A stretch of 64,000 nt of DNA from Patescibacteria group bacterium (GTDB taxonomy: Bacteria > Patescibacteriota > Minisyncoccia > UBA6257 > 02-FULL-45-10c): positions 169,141 to 233,140 of the forward strand of contig JAGWYA010000001.1 of NCBI GenBank assembly GCA_018969615.1, written 5' to 3'. Position numbers and translations under genes: made by a program. Below the pieces are notes generated by a model. That model was given only the letters and a program-made list of their open reading frames with translations. It made no database searches and was not told the DNA's origin. Below, in pieces: positions 17,378 to 27,587 of the stretch (the first letter of the stretch is position 1; every line of letters starts with the position of its first letter).

Positions 17378-18614
17378 AGCGTAACGCTTCGATCGGGTTC
17401 TTCCGGGCCGCCTGCCGAGCGGGATAGATCCCGAATGCGATCCCGGCGATCCCCGAAACGATCAGCGCCAGAATGACCGCGGTCAGCGGGAACGCAAAGA
17501 CCCATCCGATCGAAAAGAAGGTTGAAAGGACGAAATAGATCAGTGCCACGATCAGCGCTCCAAGTGCGATGCCGATCATCCCGCCCACAAATGTCAGCAG
17601 GACCGACTCGATCAGGAATTGCTCCAGGATGTCGCGATTGGTCGCACCGACCGCTTTCCGCAGTCCGATCTCCCGCGTCCGTTCCGTGACCGCAACCAGC
17701 ATGATATTCATAATACCGATACCGCCGACGATCAACGAGATCGAAGCGATGGCGGCAAGGAAAATGGTCAGGATCGATGTAATATTCCCCAGGATCGCCA
17801 GCGCGTCCTGCTGGGTCCGGATCGTAAAGTCATCCTTGTTCGGATCAGTGATGCTGTGATTTCGCCGCAGAAGGAATGTAATGCGCGATTCAACGAACGA
17901 GATATCATAGGCCGGGTTCGCTTCGACGACAATGTCGCTGAAGTACGTGATCCCGAGTAGTTCCCGTTGAGCAACGACCAGCGGCACCAATACAAGATTA
18001 TCCTGATCGATCCCGAACGCACCGGTCCCGCCTTTTTCCAGAACGCCGGTCACGCGGAAGGTTACCTGATCAAGTCTGATCGATTTTCCGATCGGATCCA
18101 GATTCCCGAAGAGCGTTGTCGCCAGACCGGGTCCGATCACCGCCACATGCGCACCCGAATCGACGTCGTTTTTCGTGAACGTGTATCCGCGGCCAACCGG
18201 AAGGTTCCGCACGCCGAAATACTGCTCCGTCGTTCCGTCATAGGTCACTTTCACATCGTTATTCCCGTAAACAGCCTCCGCCTGGCCCCGCACCTCGGGG
18301 ACCGCCGCCGAAACCGAAGGTTCACGGCGGAAGGCATCCGCATCCCGCTCTACCAGCGAAGTGATCACGATACCCTGCGCTGCAGCCGGCGCCGAAAATC
18401 TGCCGCTTCCCGACCCTCCCGGAATGATAAAAATAAGGTTCGAACCGATCCCCTGAACCTGGTTCAGGATCAGGTCCTGCGCCGACTGTCCGATCGACAT
18501 CAAAATGATCACCGAAGCGATGCCGATGACGATCCCCAGCATCGTTAAGACCGAACGCATCTTTCCATGCGCAAGGCTGCGAGTCGAAGTTTTAAAAGCG
18601 TCGCGAAAAAGCAT
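17370..18614 (-). CDS. MacB/FtsX-family ABC transporter permease (efflux module A).
   Basis: N-terminal TM, large periplasmic MacB-PCD-like domain, C-terminal FtsX 3-TM bundle. Confidence 0.85.
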   Translation of the reverse strand: MLFRDAFKTSTRSLAHGKMRSVLTMLGIVIGIASVIILMSIGQSAQDLILNQVQGIGSNLIFIIPGGSGSGRFSAPAAAQGIVITSLVERDADAFRREPSVSAAVPEVRGQAEAVYGNNDVKVTYDGTTEQYFGVRNLPVGRGYTFTKNDVDSGAHVAVIGPGLATTLFGNLDPIGKSIRLDQVTFRVTGVLEKGGTGAFGIDQDNLVLVPLVVAQRELLGITYFSDIVVEANPAYDISFVESRITFLLRRNHSITDPNKDDFTIRTQQDALAILGNITSILTIFLAAIASISLIVGGIGIMNIMLVAVTERTREIGLRKAVGATNRDILEQFLIESVLLTFVGGMIGIALGALIVALIYFVLSTFFSIGWVFAFPLTAVILALIVSGIAGIAFGIYPARQAARKNPIEALRYE

Positions 18615-18616
18615 AT

Positions 18617-19324
18617 TTATTTAAGCGGAGCATTATGCATGTGTTTTGCGGCGACCGGCGCATCGCTTTCCACGAGGCCATCTTTAATGCGGATGATCCG
18701 GTTCGCAAATTCAGCGGTCTGCGTTTCATGCGTGACCAGAATGATCGTACGCCCCTTTTTATGAAGCGCATCGAGTATCTCCATGACCTGCAAACCGGAC
18801 TGCGAGTCGAGGTTTCCCGTCGGCTCATCGGCAAAGATCACGTTCGGGTCGGTAACCAGCGCACGGGCGATCGCCACGCGCTGCTTCTGTCCGCCGGAAA
18901 GTTTCCCCGCCTCCATATGTATCTTTTCCTCCAATCCGACCGAGCGTACCGCCTCTTCGATCCGCGCACGGCGCTGCGCCGGCGCGCCATCGGCATACAG
19001 CAACGGGATCTCCACATTTTCATAGACCGTCAACCGGGAAAGAAGATTGAACGCTTGAAAAACGAATCCCATATCCTTGTTCCGGACATGCGCAAGTTCC
19101 AAGTCGGACATCTCATCGATGCCCCGGCCCTGAAAACGATAGCTTCCGCCGGTCGGACGATCAAGGAAGCTCAAGATATGCAGCAGAGTCGATTTGCCGG
19201 ACCCTGACGGACCCATGATCGAAACGAACTCGCCTTTATCGATCGAAAAATTCACGCCGCGGAGCGCGTTCGTCGATCCCCCTTCGTCATGATATGCCTT
19301 TTGGAGGTCACGTACTTCGATCAT
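18617..19324 (-). CDS. MacB/LolD-type ABC ATP-binding protein (efflux module A).
   Basis: [36 protein letters not shown]. Confidence 0.9.
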   Translation of the reverse strand: MIEVRDLQKAYHDEGGSTNALRGVNFSIDKGEFVSIMGPSGSGKSTLLHILSFLDRPTGGSYRFQGRGIDEMSDLELAHVRNKDMGFVFQAFNLLSRLTVYENVEIPLLYADGAPAQRRARIEEAVRSVGLEEKIHMEAGKLSGGQKQRVAIARALVTDPNVIFADEPTGNLDSQSGLQVMEILDALHKKGRTIILVTHETQTAEFANRIIRIKDGLVESDAPVAAKHMHNAPLK

Positions 19325-20859
19325 TGCGTTTTAAGCCCGATATTGAGCACTTGCTCGCCTTCGGTCACGCCCGAGAGTATCTCCACATTACCGTTCTCAT
19401 CCTGAATGCCGGTCGTCACCGGAACCTGAACCACCGTGTTGTTCTGCATTTTTTCCACGAACGTTCCCTGGTCGTTCTGCAGAAGCGCGTACTGAGGCAA
19501 GATCAGTACGTTATCCTTATGCTGCGTTTCGATCGTGATATTGGCGGTCAGGCCGCTCTTGATCCGGGGATCCTGTTTCGTGAATGCGATCTTGATCTGA
19601 TACGTGATAACGCCCTGATTATTGGTCTGTGCCGGCGCGATATAAAAGACCTTTCCGGCGAAGGTTTCATTCGGGAACGCATCAAGCGTCATCGTCGCGG
19701 TATTGCCGATCGTCAGTTTCCCGATATCCGTTTCCGATACTCCGGCGTCAACCTCAAGGCCTTGCGTCCCCAAGATCGAAACAAGCGGGGTTCCGGAAAC
19801 GGCAAGTTGGCCGACTTTCGCATCCTGCTGGGTGAGAACGCCGCTGATCGGCGCGACGATCTCCGCGTTCTGCAGCTTCGCCTGCGCGCTCGCAACCCCG
19901 GCGACCGCCTGATCAACCTGCGCCTGCTGCGCTGCGATATCCTGAGCCGTTGACCCTGCCTGCTTCAGCGCAAGCTGAGCCTGGGTTTGCGCAACCAGCG
20001 CTTCCTGCGATGCAATGTTCTGTGAGATCGTGTTCAGTGCACTGACCGCCGCGTTTACCTCGGTAAGACCCGTCGTGACCGCGGCTTTATCGGTCGCCAG
20101 CTGTGCCGAGGATAGATTAATACTCCCCGCAAGGACCGTTGACATCGTATTTAAAAGATTTTGGGCAACCCCCAAATGAACAAGGTCGTTCTGCAGGATC
20201 GCTTTCAGCGTCGTGGTCGCAAGTGAGGTATTCGTCGTAGTGAGCTCGCTTTGCCATATATTAAGCTCCGACGCAGCCTGCGAGCGAAGATCGGTGACGG
20301 TGGTCGCGGCCTGAGGATTGCTCGTTTGGAAATTCAGCTGCGGCTGGCTTGTTTCCGCGTTCGAGAAAAAGGTATCGAGCTGCGTCCGCACCGCATCATT
20401 CGCCTTCGCAAATCCGCTCGCCGACGTATCGCTGATGCTCGCATAATAATTGGCGAGGTCTTGTTTCGCTTTTTGCAATGCCGCTTCGGACGCCGCAATG
20501 TCCGCAGGCTGCGCACCCGCTTTCAACCCCGCAAGCTTTGCCTGCTGCACTGCAACATCCGCTTGCGCCTGCTGAAGCGAAGCTGAAAGGTCCGCAAGGT
20601 TCAATTGCGCGATCACCTTACCCGCGGTCACCGTATCGCCTAAATTTGCATTGACCGCCGCGATCGTCCCCGTGTTCTGAAACCCGAGCGACACGCTTTG
20701 GGTCGGCGTCGTATTGCCGGTCACAGTTACCGTCTCAGAGATCGATCCGCGCTTAACCGTGATCAGCTGCACCGCGGCAGGATGGCTTTGCCGATACCAT
20801 ACCACGCCTCCGATGCCTACGACTGAGATACCAAGAACAATAAGAATGATTTTTTTCAT
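19321..20859 (-). CDS. HlyD/MacA-type periplasmic adaptor (membrane fusion protein) with a very long coiled-coil hairpin (efflux module A).
   Basis: Signal-anchor, lipoyl/beta-barrel flanks, about 300 aa of A/Q/L-rich coiled coil. Confidence 0.8.
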   Translation of the reverse strand: MKKIILIVLGISVVGIGGVVWYRQSHPAAVQLITVKRGSISETVTVTGNTTPTQSVSLGFQNTGTIAAVNANLGDTVTAGKVIAQLNLADLSASLQQAQADVAVQQAKLAGLKAGAQPADIAASEAALQKAKQDLANYYASISDTSASGFAKANDAVRTQLDTFFSNAETSQPQLNFQTSNPQAATTVTDLRSQAASELNIWQSELTTTNTSLATTTLKAILQNDLVHLGVAQNLLNTMSTVLAGSINLSSAQLATDKAAVTTGLTEVNAAVSALNTISQNIASQEALVAQTQAQLALKQAGSTAQDIAAQQAQVDQAVAGVASAQAKLQNAEIVAPISGVLTQQDAKVGQLAVSGTPLVSILGTQGLEVDAGVSETDIGKLTIGNTATMTLDAFPNETFAGKVFYIAPAQTNNQGVITYQIKIAFTKQDPRIKSGLTANITIETQHKDNVLILPQYALLQNDQGTFVEKMQNNTVVQVPVTTGIQDENGNVEILSGVTEGEQVLNIGLKTQ

Positions 20860-20938
20860 AAAATGGGGGTATCAGCTTCAATGCGCCGCACGCGTACCCC
20901 TTCAGGATACCAAATTCCAAAATAATATGCAGCAGACG

Positions 20939-22792
20939 CTAATCGCGTCGCCTGAATAATCTGCTTGAGTTGATCAGGGGGAGAAAATCGGTCGCAAAAT
21001 TATAGAATGCGGCGAGCGCGGGGCCTGCGATCCCCGTAAAGACCAGTGCAAAACCCGCAAGGTTCGATACGAACCAAATGATCATATCGCCGTAGATCAC
21101 CGAAGACGTCCGGCGGCCGAGATCGATCATCTCCGGCAAGCGCTCAAGCTGATCGGTCAGGATCACGATATCCGCAGCCTCCACGGCAACCGCCGTGCCG
21201 CCCTTCCCCATCGCAACGCCGACCGTGGCCCGTGCAAGGGACGGCGCGTCATTGATCCCGTCGCCGACCATAACAACCACGCCGTCTTTTTCCAGTTCCT
21301 CAAGACCGTGCAATTTTTCTTCCGGCTTCATGCCGGCGTGGTATTCATCGAGTCCCAACGCTTCCGTAACCCGCCGGGCAACCGCCTCGTTATCTCCTGT
21401 GAACATGACGATCCGGGCAACGCCGATCTTCTTGAGTTGCCGGAGCGTCGCCGCAGCTTCATGCCTTGGAACATCCGCAACGGCGATCGCACCGATGCAG
21501 ACACCGTTCACGCCAATCAATGAAACCGTTTGGCCATACTCGGTAACCATCTGCCGGATCTTCTCCCGCAGATCCGCCGGCAACGCAATATGTTCATTCT
21601 GCAAAAAAAGCTCATTGCCGGCCACGATCGCATCGGCACCGGCGATCGCCTTGGTTCCCTGTCCTTTAACCGTTTCAAATGTATCGGGATCGGCGATCTG
21701 GGGAACTTTCTCAAGTGCGCCGCGGAAGATCGCGCGGCCGATCGGATGCTCTGAGAACTTCTCAGCTATGCCCACCATGCGCCAAAACTGTTCCTCGGTG
21801 ACTGCCGGATCGATCACAACATCCCTGATCTTAAAGTTCCCATAGGTCAGCGTTCCGGTCTTGTCGAGAACCAGCGTCTTTGTCTTTCCCAGTTGATCAA
21901 GCCACGCACCGCCTTTCACGATCACGCCGCGTTTTGCCGCATAGCCCATTGATGCCGTGATCGCCAGAGGGATCGCGACTGCCATATCATCCGCGCACGC
22001 GACCAAAAACACCGCTGCGGTCATCGACAAGGAACGGCTGATCAGATACGTCCCGGCGCCGATCACTCCCACGATCGGCAGGAAGATCGCCGCAAATCGG
22101 TCGGCGAGTTTTTCGACATGCGATTTGTTCTTGGACGCCTCGCGGATCAGTTCCGCCATCTGTTCGATCGTCGAATCCTTACCGACGCGCGTCGCGCGCA
22201 CCTTGATCACGCCGGAATCATTGAGCGTAGCGCTGAACACATGATCCCCCGGTATTTTCTGGACCGGAACCGATTCACCGGTAACCGGCGCTTCGTTCAC
22301 CGACGCTGATCCGAAGATCACCACGCCGTCGATCGGAATGCGCGCGCCCGCCTTCACCACTACGATATCCCCTTTCTTGATCTCACTGCTGGGAACCTCT
22401 GTTACAGCCCCGCCCTGCTCGCGCAACGCGGAAAGCGGTTTCAATTTCAATAATTGTTTCACCGCATCATAAGTCCGTGATTCGGAATACCACTCAAGCC
22501 AATTCGCCGAGGTGATCATCAAGATAATGAACATCGCCGAGGTTATCTCAACGCTGGCAAATGACGCGATCAAAGCGACAAAATTGAACGTATCAATGCT
22601 GATCCGGCGCTCAGAGGTCGCCTTCACAGCCTGCCAGGCTGTCGGAAGCGCGCCGATCCCCGCAACAATGATCAGCGGGAGATGGTTCGCCGGATACAAA
22701 AGATCCTCCCCGAACGCGAGCAGCAGCGCACCGATGATGGCGACCTCCCGGTACGGCGATTCGAAAATACGGAAAAAAGTTTTTTTATTCAT
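20939..22792 (-). CDS. Cation-transporting P-type ATPase, specificity unknown. Lacks an N-terminal metal-binding domain.
   Basis: DKTGTLT, TGDN (MFTGDNEAV), GDGINDAP. Only 617 aa. TM region has CADD rather than a canonical CPC. Confidence 0.85.
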   Translation of the reverse strand: MNKKTFFRIFESPYREVAIIGALLLAFGEDLLYPANHLPLIIVAGIGALPTAWQAVKATSERRISIDTFNFVALIASFASVEITSAMFIILMITSANWLEWYSESRTYDAVKQLLKLKPLSALREQGGAVTEVPSSEIKKGDIVVVKAGARIPIDGVVIFGSASVNEAPVTGESVPVQKIPGDHVFSATLNDSGVIKVRATRVGKDSTIEQMAELIREASKNKSHVEKLADRFAAIFLPIVGVIGAGTYLISRSLSMTAAVFLVACADDMAVAIPLAITASMGYAAKRGVIVKGGAWLDQLGKTKTLVLDKTGTLTYGNFKIRDVVIDPAVTEEQFWRMVGIAEKFSEHPIGRAIFRGALEKVPQIADPDTFETVKGQGTKAIAGADAIVAGNELFLQNEHIALPADLREKIRQMVTEYGQTVSLIGVNGVCIGAIAVADVPRHEAAATLRQLKKIGVARIVMFTGDNEAVARRVTEALGLDEYHAGMKPEEKLHGLEELEKDGVVVMVGDGINDAPSLARATVGVAMGKGGTAVAVEAADIVILTDQLERLPEMIDLGRRTSSVIYGDMIIWFVSNLAGFALVFTGIAGPALAAFYNFATDFLPLINSSRLFRRRD

Positions 22793-23990
22793 AGCGCAAT
22801 GCTTCTGCGGGCTCCATTTTCGCCGCCTGACGGGCGGGCAAGATCCCGGACAGAACGCCGGTAACGAACGTTATCAGCAAAATGATCCCTAATTCGCTGT
22901 AATCGATCGTTGAAAAACTGAACAAGCCGTTCACTCCCAGCGATCCTGCAGCCGCCCCGATCCCCGCCGCGATCGCTAATCCTAGTAAGATCCCGAGAAT
23001 GCCTCCGACGAGCCCGATAAAACCGGATTCCACTAAGAACAACGAAAGAATGGCATCGCTCGTCGCGCCGACCGCTTTCATGATCCCGATCTGCCGCGTC
23101 CGCTCCACGACGGACGTATACATCGTATTCATGATCCCGACGGCTCCGACGAGCAGCGAGACCAATGAGATGATCAAAAGCGCAAGCTCAATGATGCCTA
23201 AGATGGTTCCGACGATCTGAGCGGTCTTCTCGGGAGTTAGGATCGTAAAATCTTTCACTTCTTTCTGCTTTTCAAGCTGGTACCTCACCTGAAGCGCCAC
23301 CAGATCGATATTCGCGCCGGGATCCACCTGAACGATCGCCGACACCGCCCCCGGCGCCACGCCGGAGATCGCATGGAACAGGTCCCAGGACATATAAAAA
23401 GAGTTGTCATCGGTCTGATTTCCAGACCGTGCCAGGATCCCCGCCACCCGCAGGCGCTTGGACTGAATGATGATCTCGTCGCCGATCCGGATGTTATTTT
23501 TGAACAAACTCGTTCCCGCAAGATACCCCAAAATGATATCGTTCGACTGCGGATCGGAAGGCCACGCCCCCTGATACATCTGCAGTCCTTCTGATTTCTC
23601 AAAGATCGCCTGCAGATAATCCAGACGCGATGCGTGCACAAAGACCGCTTTCTTCTCTCCCTCAAATTCCGCGTTCACCGTGCCAATATCCACCGGCATC
23701 GCCATCGCTACGCCGGGGACCCGCTCGAGATCGATAATATCGTTATAGTTGAATTTCTGACCGCCCATGAGACCGGTCAGGATCGCCGTTTCTTTCCCCG
23801 GAACGATGATCAGAAGGTCGTTCCCCAGCATTTGCAGCTGGCCGTTGATCGCCGCGCTCACGCCGTTGCTCAGCGAGATGATCACCACGACCAGCATGAT
23901 GCCGATCACGATCCCCACGATGGTCAGCCAGCTTCGGAGCTGGCGATACCGGATGCTTTTCAGTGTGAGCAAGAAATAATCCTTGAGCAT
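22785..23990 (-). CDS. MacB/FtsX-family ABC permease (efflux module B).
   Basis: Same architecture as 17370..18614. Start at Met36; Met27 alternative at 24017. Confidence 0.8.
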   Translation of the reverse strand: MLKDYFLLTLKSIRYRQLRSWLTIVGIVIGIMLVVVIISLSNGVSAAINGQLQMLGNDLLIIVPGKETAILTGLMGGQKFNYNDIIDLERVPGVAMAMPVDIGTVNAEFEGEKKAVFVHASRLDYLQAIFEKSEGLQMYQGAWPSDPQSNDIILGYLAGTSLFKNNIRIGDEIIIQSKRLRVAGILARSGNQTDDNSFYMSWDLFHAISGVAPGAVSAIVQVDPGANIDLVALQVRYQLEKQKEVKDFTILTPEKTAQIVGTILGIIELALLIISLVSLLVGAVGIMNTMYTSVVERTRQIGIMKAVGATSDAILSLFLVESGFIGLVGGILGILLGLAIAAGIGAAAGSLGVNGLFSFSTIDYSELGIILLITFVTGVLSGILPARQAAKMEPAEALRYE

Positions 23991-23994
23991 AGGT

Positions 23995-24882
23995 TTATTG
24001 CGTATAGATCTTCGCATGCGTCCGATGTCCCGGGATCGTCTTGCCGTCGCGGATCGTAATGATCTGATCGGCCCGTTCCGCAATATGCGGATCATGCGTG
24101 ACGATGATAAGGGTCTTCTTCTCTTTTTTATTGAGGTCGATAAGCATCTCCAGGATGCGATTACCGGTCACCGAATCAAGGTTTCCCGTCGGCTCATCAC
24201 CGATAATGATCTCGGGGTCGTTCGCCAAAGCACGGAGGAGGGCAACGCGCTGCTGTTCTCCGCCCGACAGCTCGTACGGCCGATGGTCCATGCGGTCCCC
24301 GAGGCCGATCTCGCGGAATCGATCCCGCATCTGAGCGCGCAATCCGCCGTCGCCGTTCCGCGCAAAAATAAGCGGAAGCAGGGCGTTATCATATGCATCA
24401 AGCCAGGGAACCAAATTATACTGCTGGAATACAAACCCGAACTTCTTCGAGCGAAGTTCAGCCCGGTCATCATCTGAGATCTTCGTGATCGGCGTCCCTT
24501 CCAAAAAAAGACCGCCCGAGGTCGGCGTATCAAGAAGGCCGATCATATTCAAAAGCGTGCTCTTCCCTGACCCGCTCGCACCGATGATCGCCGTAAAATC
24601 TCCCTCCCAAATATGGACGTTGATCCCGCGAAGAACCTCGGTCTTTGCCTCGCCTTCGCCGAAAACCTTCCACACGTCGTGCAGATGGATCAGCGGCTCT
24701 CCCTGAAAACGCTTCGGGTCGGTACGAAACCGCGCGGCGCACAGGTCGCTGCAAAAGGAAAAGGTCTTCCCGTCAGCATGCACCTCTCCTACCGGTTTCA
24801 TACCCGCAAGGTCCATCCCGCAGACGGGATCCCTGCGGTCACTGCCGTTCCCGGCTGAATGTGATGCTGAGGATGAGTGCAT
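23995..24882 (-). CDS. ABC ATP-binding protein with an N-terminal YHS/TRASH metal-binding domain (efflux module B).
   Basis: N-terminus DPVCGMDLAGMKPVGEVHADGKTFSFCSDLCAARFRTDPKRF fits the YHS/TRASH Cys pattern, followed by [36 protein letters not shown]. Confidence 0.8.
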   Translation of the reverse strand: MHSSSASHSAGNGSDRRDPVCGMDLAGMKPVGEVHADGKTFSFCSDLCAARFRTDPKRFQGEPLIHLHDVWKVFGEGEAKTEVLRGINVHIWEGDFTAIIGASGSGKSTLLNMIGLLDTPTSGGLFLEGTPITKISDDDRAELRSKKFGFVFQQYNLVPWLDAYDNALLPLIFARNGDGGLRAQMRDRFREIGLGDRMDHRPYELSGGEQQRVALLRALANDPEIIIGDEPTGNLDSVTGNRILEMLIDLNKKEKKTLIIVTHDPHIAERADQIITIRDGKTIPGHRTHAKIYTQ

Positions 24883-24887
24883 AAGAA

Positions 24888-26459
24888 TTATTCTGCGGAA
24901 ACCGCCGCAAGGCGCCCCTCCTGAGCGCCGCTCACGATCTCAACAGAGTCACCGTCCGTAATGCCGGTTTCGACCGGCGTCCGTTCAAGCTGCGATTCAG
25001 AGGTCACGCTCTGCATGCCCTCAGGCACCAGCTTTACATACGATGTCGCGCCGTCCTTATAAACCGCCAACTCGGAGACCTTAAGAACACCGGTCTTTTT
25101 AGTAGAAAGGATCGTTACATCGGCGCTCATGCCCGACCGCACTTCTTTTCCCTGCGGATCGAACGCAATATTGACCCGGTAGTATTTATCCTCGGTCTTT
25201 ACGATCTCTTGCGGATCAATGGACGTCACCGTGCCCGTGAACGACATGCCCGGGAACGCATCCAATGCGATGCGCACGCTGTCGGTAACCCCTTCGCTTG
25301 CTTCCACCTGCGCGATCTCCAGCTCGGATACGTCCGCCTGTATCTTGTAATCATTCGTCACCAGTGACACCGCAGGTTGCGTCGGGTGGAATATCTCTCC
25401 GACGCTGACTGAAAGCGCGGAAACCTTCCCGGCCGCCGGAGCGCGAAGCGTCGAGCGGTCGATGTTATCCTGTATCGCGGCAAGCTGGCTTTCCGCCTCC
25501 TGCACCGCGGATTCAGCGATCGTCACATCCTCTGTCCGCGCAGCCGCTTGCTTCAAGGCAAGTTGATTCCCGTACAGCGTGACGTTCGCCTGCGCAAGCG
25601 TATACTTTTCTTCCGCGGACGCCAGCGCGGTGATCGCGCCATCCACATTCGTACGAGCGGTGGATACCGCAAGCCGATAACCGTCGATCGTCGCTTGCGA
25701 GAACAGGACCGAAGCGGAAACATCATTGGTCGCCGAAGCGAGCTGATTCAAATAGCTCGCTACGCTTGTAAGATCATTCTTTGCGGCGCTCTCATATGAC
25801 GACAGATCGGCGGCGGCCGCAAGTGTAGGAAGCGACGTACCCCATACGTTCAAAAGCGGCTCCATCGAAAGACGGGAAGAATTGATGCTGTATTTCAATG
25901 CCTGATCCACCGGCAAGACAAGGTCCGGCGTCATGCTTCGCGGATTACTGAAAAGCTGATCCGTTTTTGCATGGACCGCATCATCCGATTGGGTATACGC
26001 CGCTTTGATCGCATCGATAAGCCCTTTCTGAGCTTCCGCTGCCGCGATCTGCGCGCTGGAAAGCTGCGCCGCGGCGACACTGATCTCTTCGGGCGTCGCT
26101 CCTGCAAGCAACTTGGCAAGGTCTGCTTTGCGCTGAGCAACGACAGCGGTAAGCCCCGCCGCCTGGATCGAAAGATCTTTTGTATCAAGGCTCATGAGCT
26201 GCTGACCCGCCTGCACCAGGTCCCCCTCATGGACAAAGACCTTCGCAACGGTCCCGGAAAAAGGAAATTCGAGCGAAAAATCGTTCTGTGCGACCGCCTC
26301 ACCCCGCACCTTCACGGATTCCTGCAGGTCCCCGCGTTCGACGGGAAAATACAAAAATGCGGTCGGCGACGGCTTCAGATACTTTTGGTACACCCAAAAT
26401 GAGATCACCGCAACGGCAGCGATGATAAGAGCTGCAATATAATAAGAGACCTTTTTCAT
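24888..26459 (-). CDS. HlyD/MacA-type periplasmic adaptor with a long coiled coil (efflux module B).
   Basis: Start at Met20 (MKKVSYYIAAL, signal anchor). Architecture parallels 19321..20859. Confidence 0.8.
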   Translation of the reverse strand: MKKVSYYIAALIIAAVAVISFWVYQKYLKPSPTAFLYFPVERGDLQESVKVRGEAVAQNDFSLEFPFSGTVAKVFVHEGDLVQAGQQLMSLDTKDLSIQAAGLTAVVAQRKADLAKLLAGATPEEISVAAAQLSSAQIAAAEAQKGLIDAIKAAYTQSDDAVHAKTDQLFSNPRSMTPDLVLPVDQALKYSINSSRLSMEPLLNVWGTSLPTLAAAADLSSYESAAKNDLTSVASYLNQLASATNDVSASVLFSQATIDGYRLAVSTARTNVDGAITALASAEEKYTLAQANVTLYGNQLALKQAAARTEDVTIAESAVQEAESQLAAIQDNIDRSTLRAPAAGKVSALSVSVGEIFHPTQPAVSLVTNDYKIQADVSELEIAQVEASEGVTDSVRIALDAFPGMSFTGTVTSIDPQEIVKTEDKYYRVNIAFDPQGKEVRSGMSADVTILSTKKTGVLKVSELAVYKDGATSYVKLVPEGMQSVTSESQLERTPVETGITDGDSVEIVSGAQEGRLAAVSAE

Positions 26460-26576
26460 AGCGCCGATTTCTCTCTCAGTATACCATACGCATCGGCACC
26501 TGACGGATCCGCTCAAACAACAAAAAACCCCCGATAAGAAAGGGGTCTTTTGGCGATCAACCGCTAATCGAAACGA

Positions 26577-26879
26577 TTAGTAGTTATCGCGTCCGCGTCC
26601 AAAACCGCTGTCCCGGCGCGGTGCGCGCGGTTCAAGCGGGCGGGCTTCGTTGACCGTCAATGAACGGCCTCCGAGCATCTGGCCATTGAACATGTCAATC
26701 GCCTTGTCAGCATCCGCATCGGACTCGAACTCTACGAAACCGAATCCTTTGGACCGGCCCGTCATCTTATCCATGATAACGATCGCTGAACTTACCGCAC
26801 CGGCCTTGGAAAACTCGTCGCGCAACTCATCCTGAGTCGTCGCGTACGGCAATCCGCCGACGTATAATTTCTTTGCCAC
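26577..26879 (-). CDS. RRM-type RNA-binding protein with a Gly/Arg-rich tail.
   Basis: RNP-2 LYVGGL and RNP-1 KGFGFVEF. 100 aa. Confidence 0.9.
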   Translation of the reverse strand: MAKKLYVGGLPYATTQDELRDEFSKAGAVSSAIVIMDKMTGRSKGFGFVEFESDADADKAIDMFNGQMLGGRSLTVNEARPLEPRAPRRDSGFGRGRDNY

Positions 26880-27056
26880 AGTGTGTGTGATTTACTTTTC
26901 TTAAGTAGGGGCGACCTGCGTTCTACAACTTAAGGAAAGACAAAGTTACTTATCGAAAACTTGTGTAACCTTAACTTAAGGGAGACCTACATGTAACCTA
27001 CGAATAATACTATACTACAATTCTGTAAAAAAAGCAATACCCCCCTCTTTTAAAGC

Positions 27057-27084
27057 AAACCCCCCTGATCATGAGGGGGTTTTC
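27057..27084. terminator. Hairpin CCCCCT-GATCATG-AGGGGG between the RRM leader and the 3' end of 27096..27566. Likely a bidirectional terminator.
   Basis: Read directly. T-rich flanks on both sides. Confidence 0.5.
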
Positions 27085-27095
27085 GGTTCGCGAGC

Positions 27096-27566
27096 CTACG
27101 GGATCACTTCATAAAAATCCTCTTTGTAGCCGGCGGCCCCGCCGAGCGGCACATCAAGATTCAACCAGCGCGCCCAGTCGATCTTCACCTCCATAACAAC
27201 GAAGTCCAGCCCGGCGATCTTCAAAAGCGGCCACCACTGCTCACGGAACGCCATATCCTTTGAGAATTGAAGCAGCATGGCAAGCCGGTTCCCGTCGGCC
27301 TCATGCGCCTCGCCCTCCATCTGGATCGTCGACGGATGGTCGGGATCGAAACCGACGACAACCGCAACCTTCGGGTTCCTCATCATGTTCGCATATTTCC
27401 GGGATGACTTCCGGGTGACAAAAAATAGATTGAAATCGTCATCCATCAGGAACGTAACGGTCGCCGCCTGCGGCAATCCCGCTTCTGAAACTGAAGAAAT
27501 GACCGCCGCGCGGTGTTCGCGAAGGAACTGGAGCGCTTTCGCTTTCAATGCTTTTTTATCATCCAT
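27096..27566 (-). CDS. Pyridoxamine 5'-phosphate oxidase-like FMN-binding split-barrel protein.
   Basis: PNPOx-family pattern (AATVTFLMDDDFNLFFVTRKSSRKYANMMRNPKVAVVV). Confidence 0.7.
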   Translation of the reverse strand: MDDKKALKAKALQFLREHRAAVISSVSEAGLPQAATVTFLMDDDFNLFFVTRKSSRKYANMMRNPKVAVVVGFDPDHPSTIQMEGEAHEADGNRLAMLLQFSKDMAFREQWWPLLKIAGLDFVVMEVKIDWARWLNLDVPLGGAAGYKEDFYEVIP

Positions 27567-27587
27567 ATGCCCTTAGTATACCATATT

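Noticed and set aside
21195-21845. 216-aa plus-strand ORF and similar plus-strand ORFs across 17-26 kb.
   Set aside because: They overlap the well-supported minus-strand ABC/P-type ATPase genes and have Ser/Pro/Arg-rich composition.
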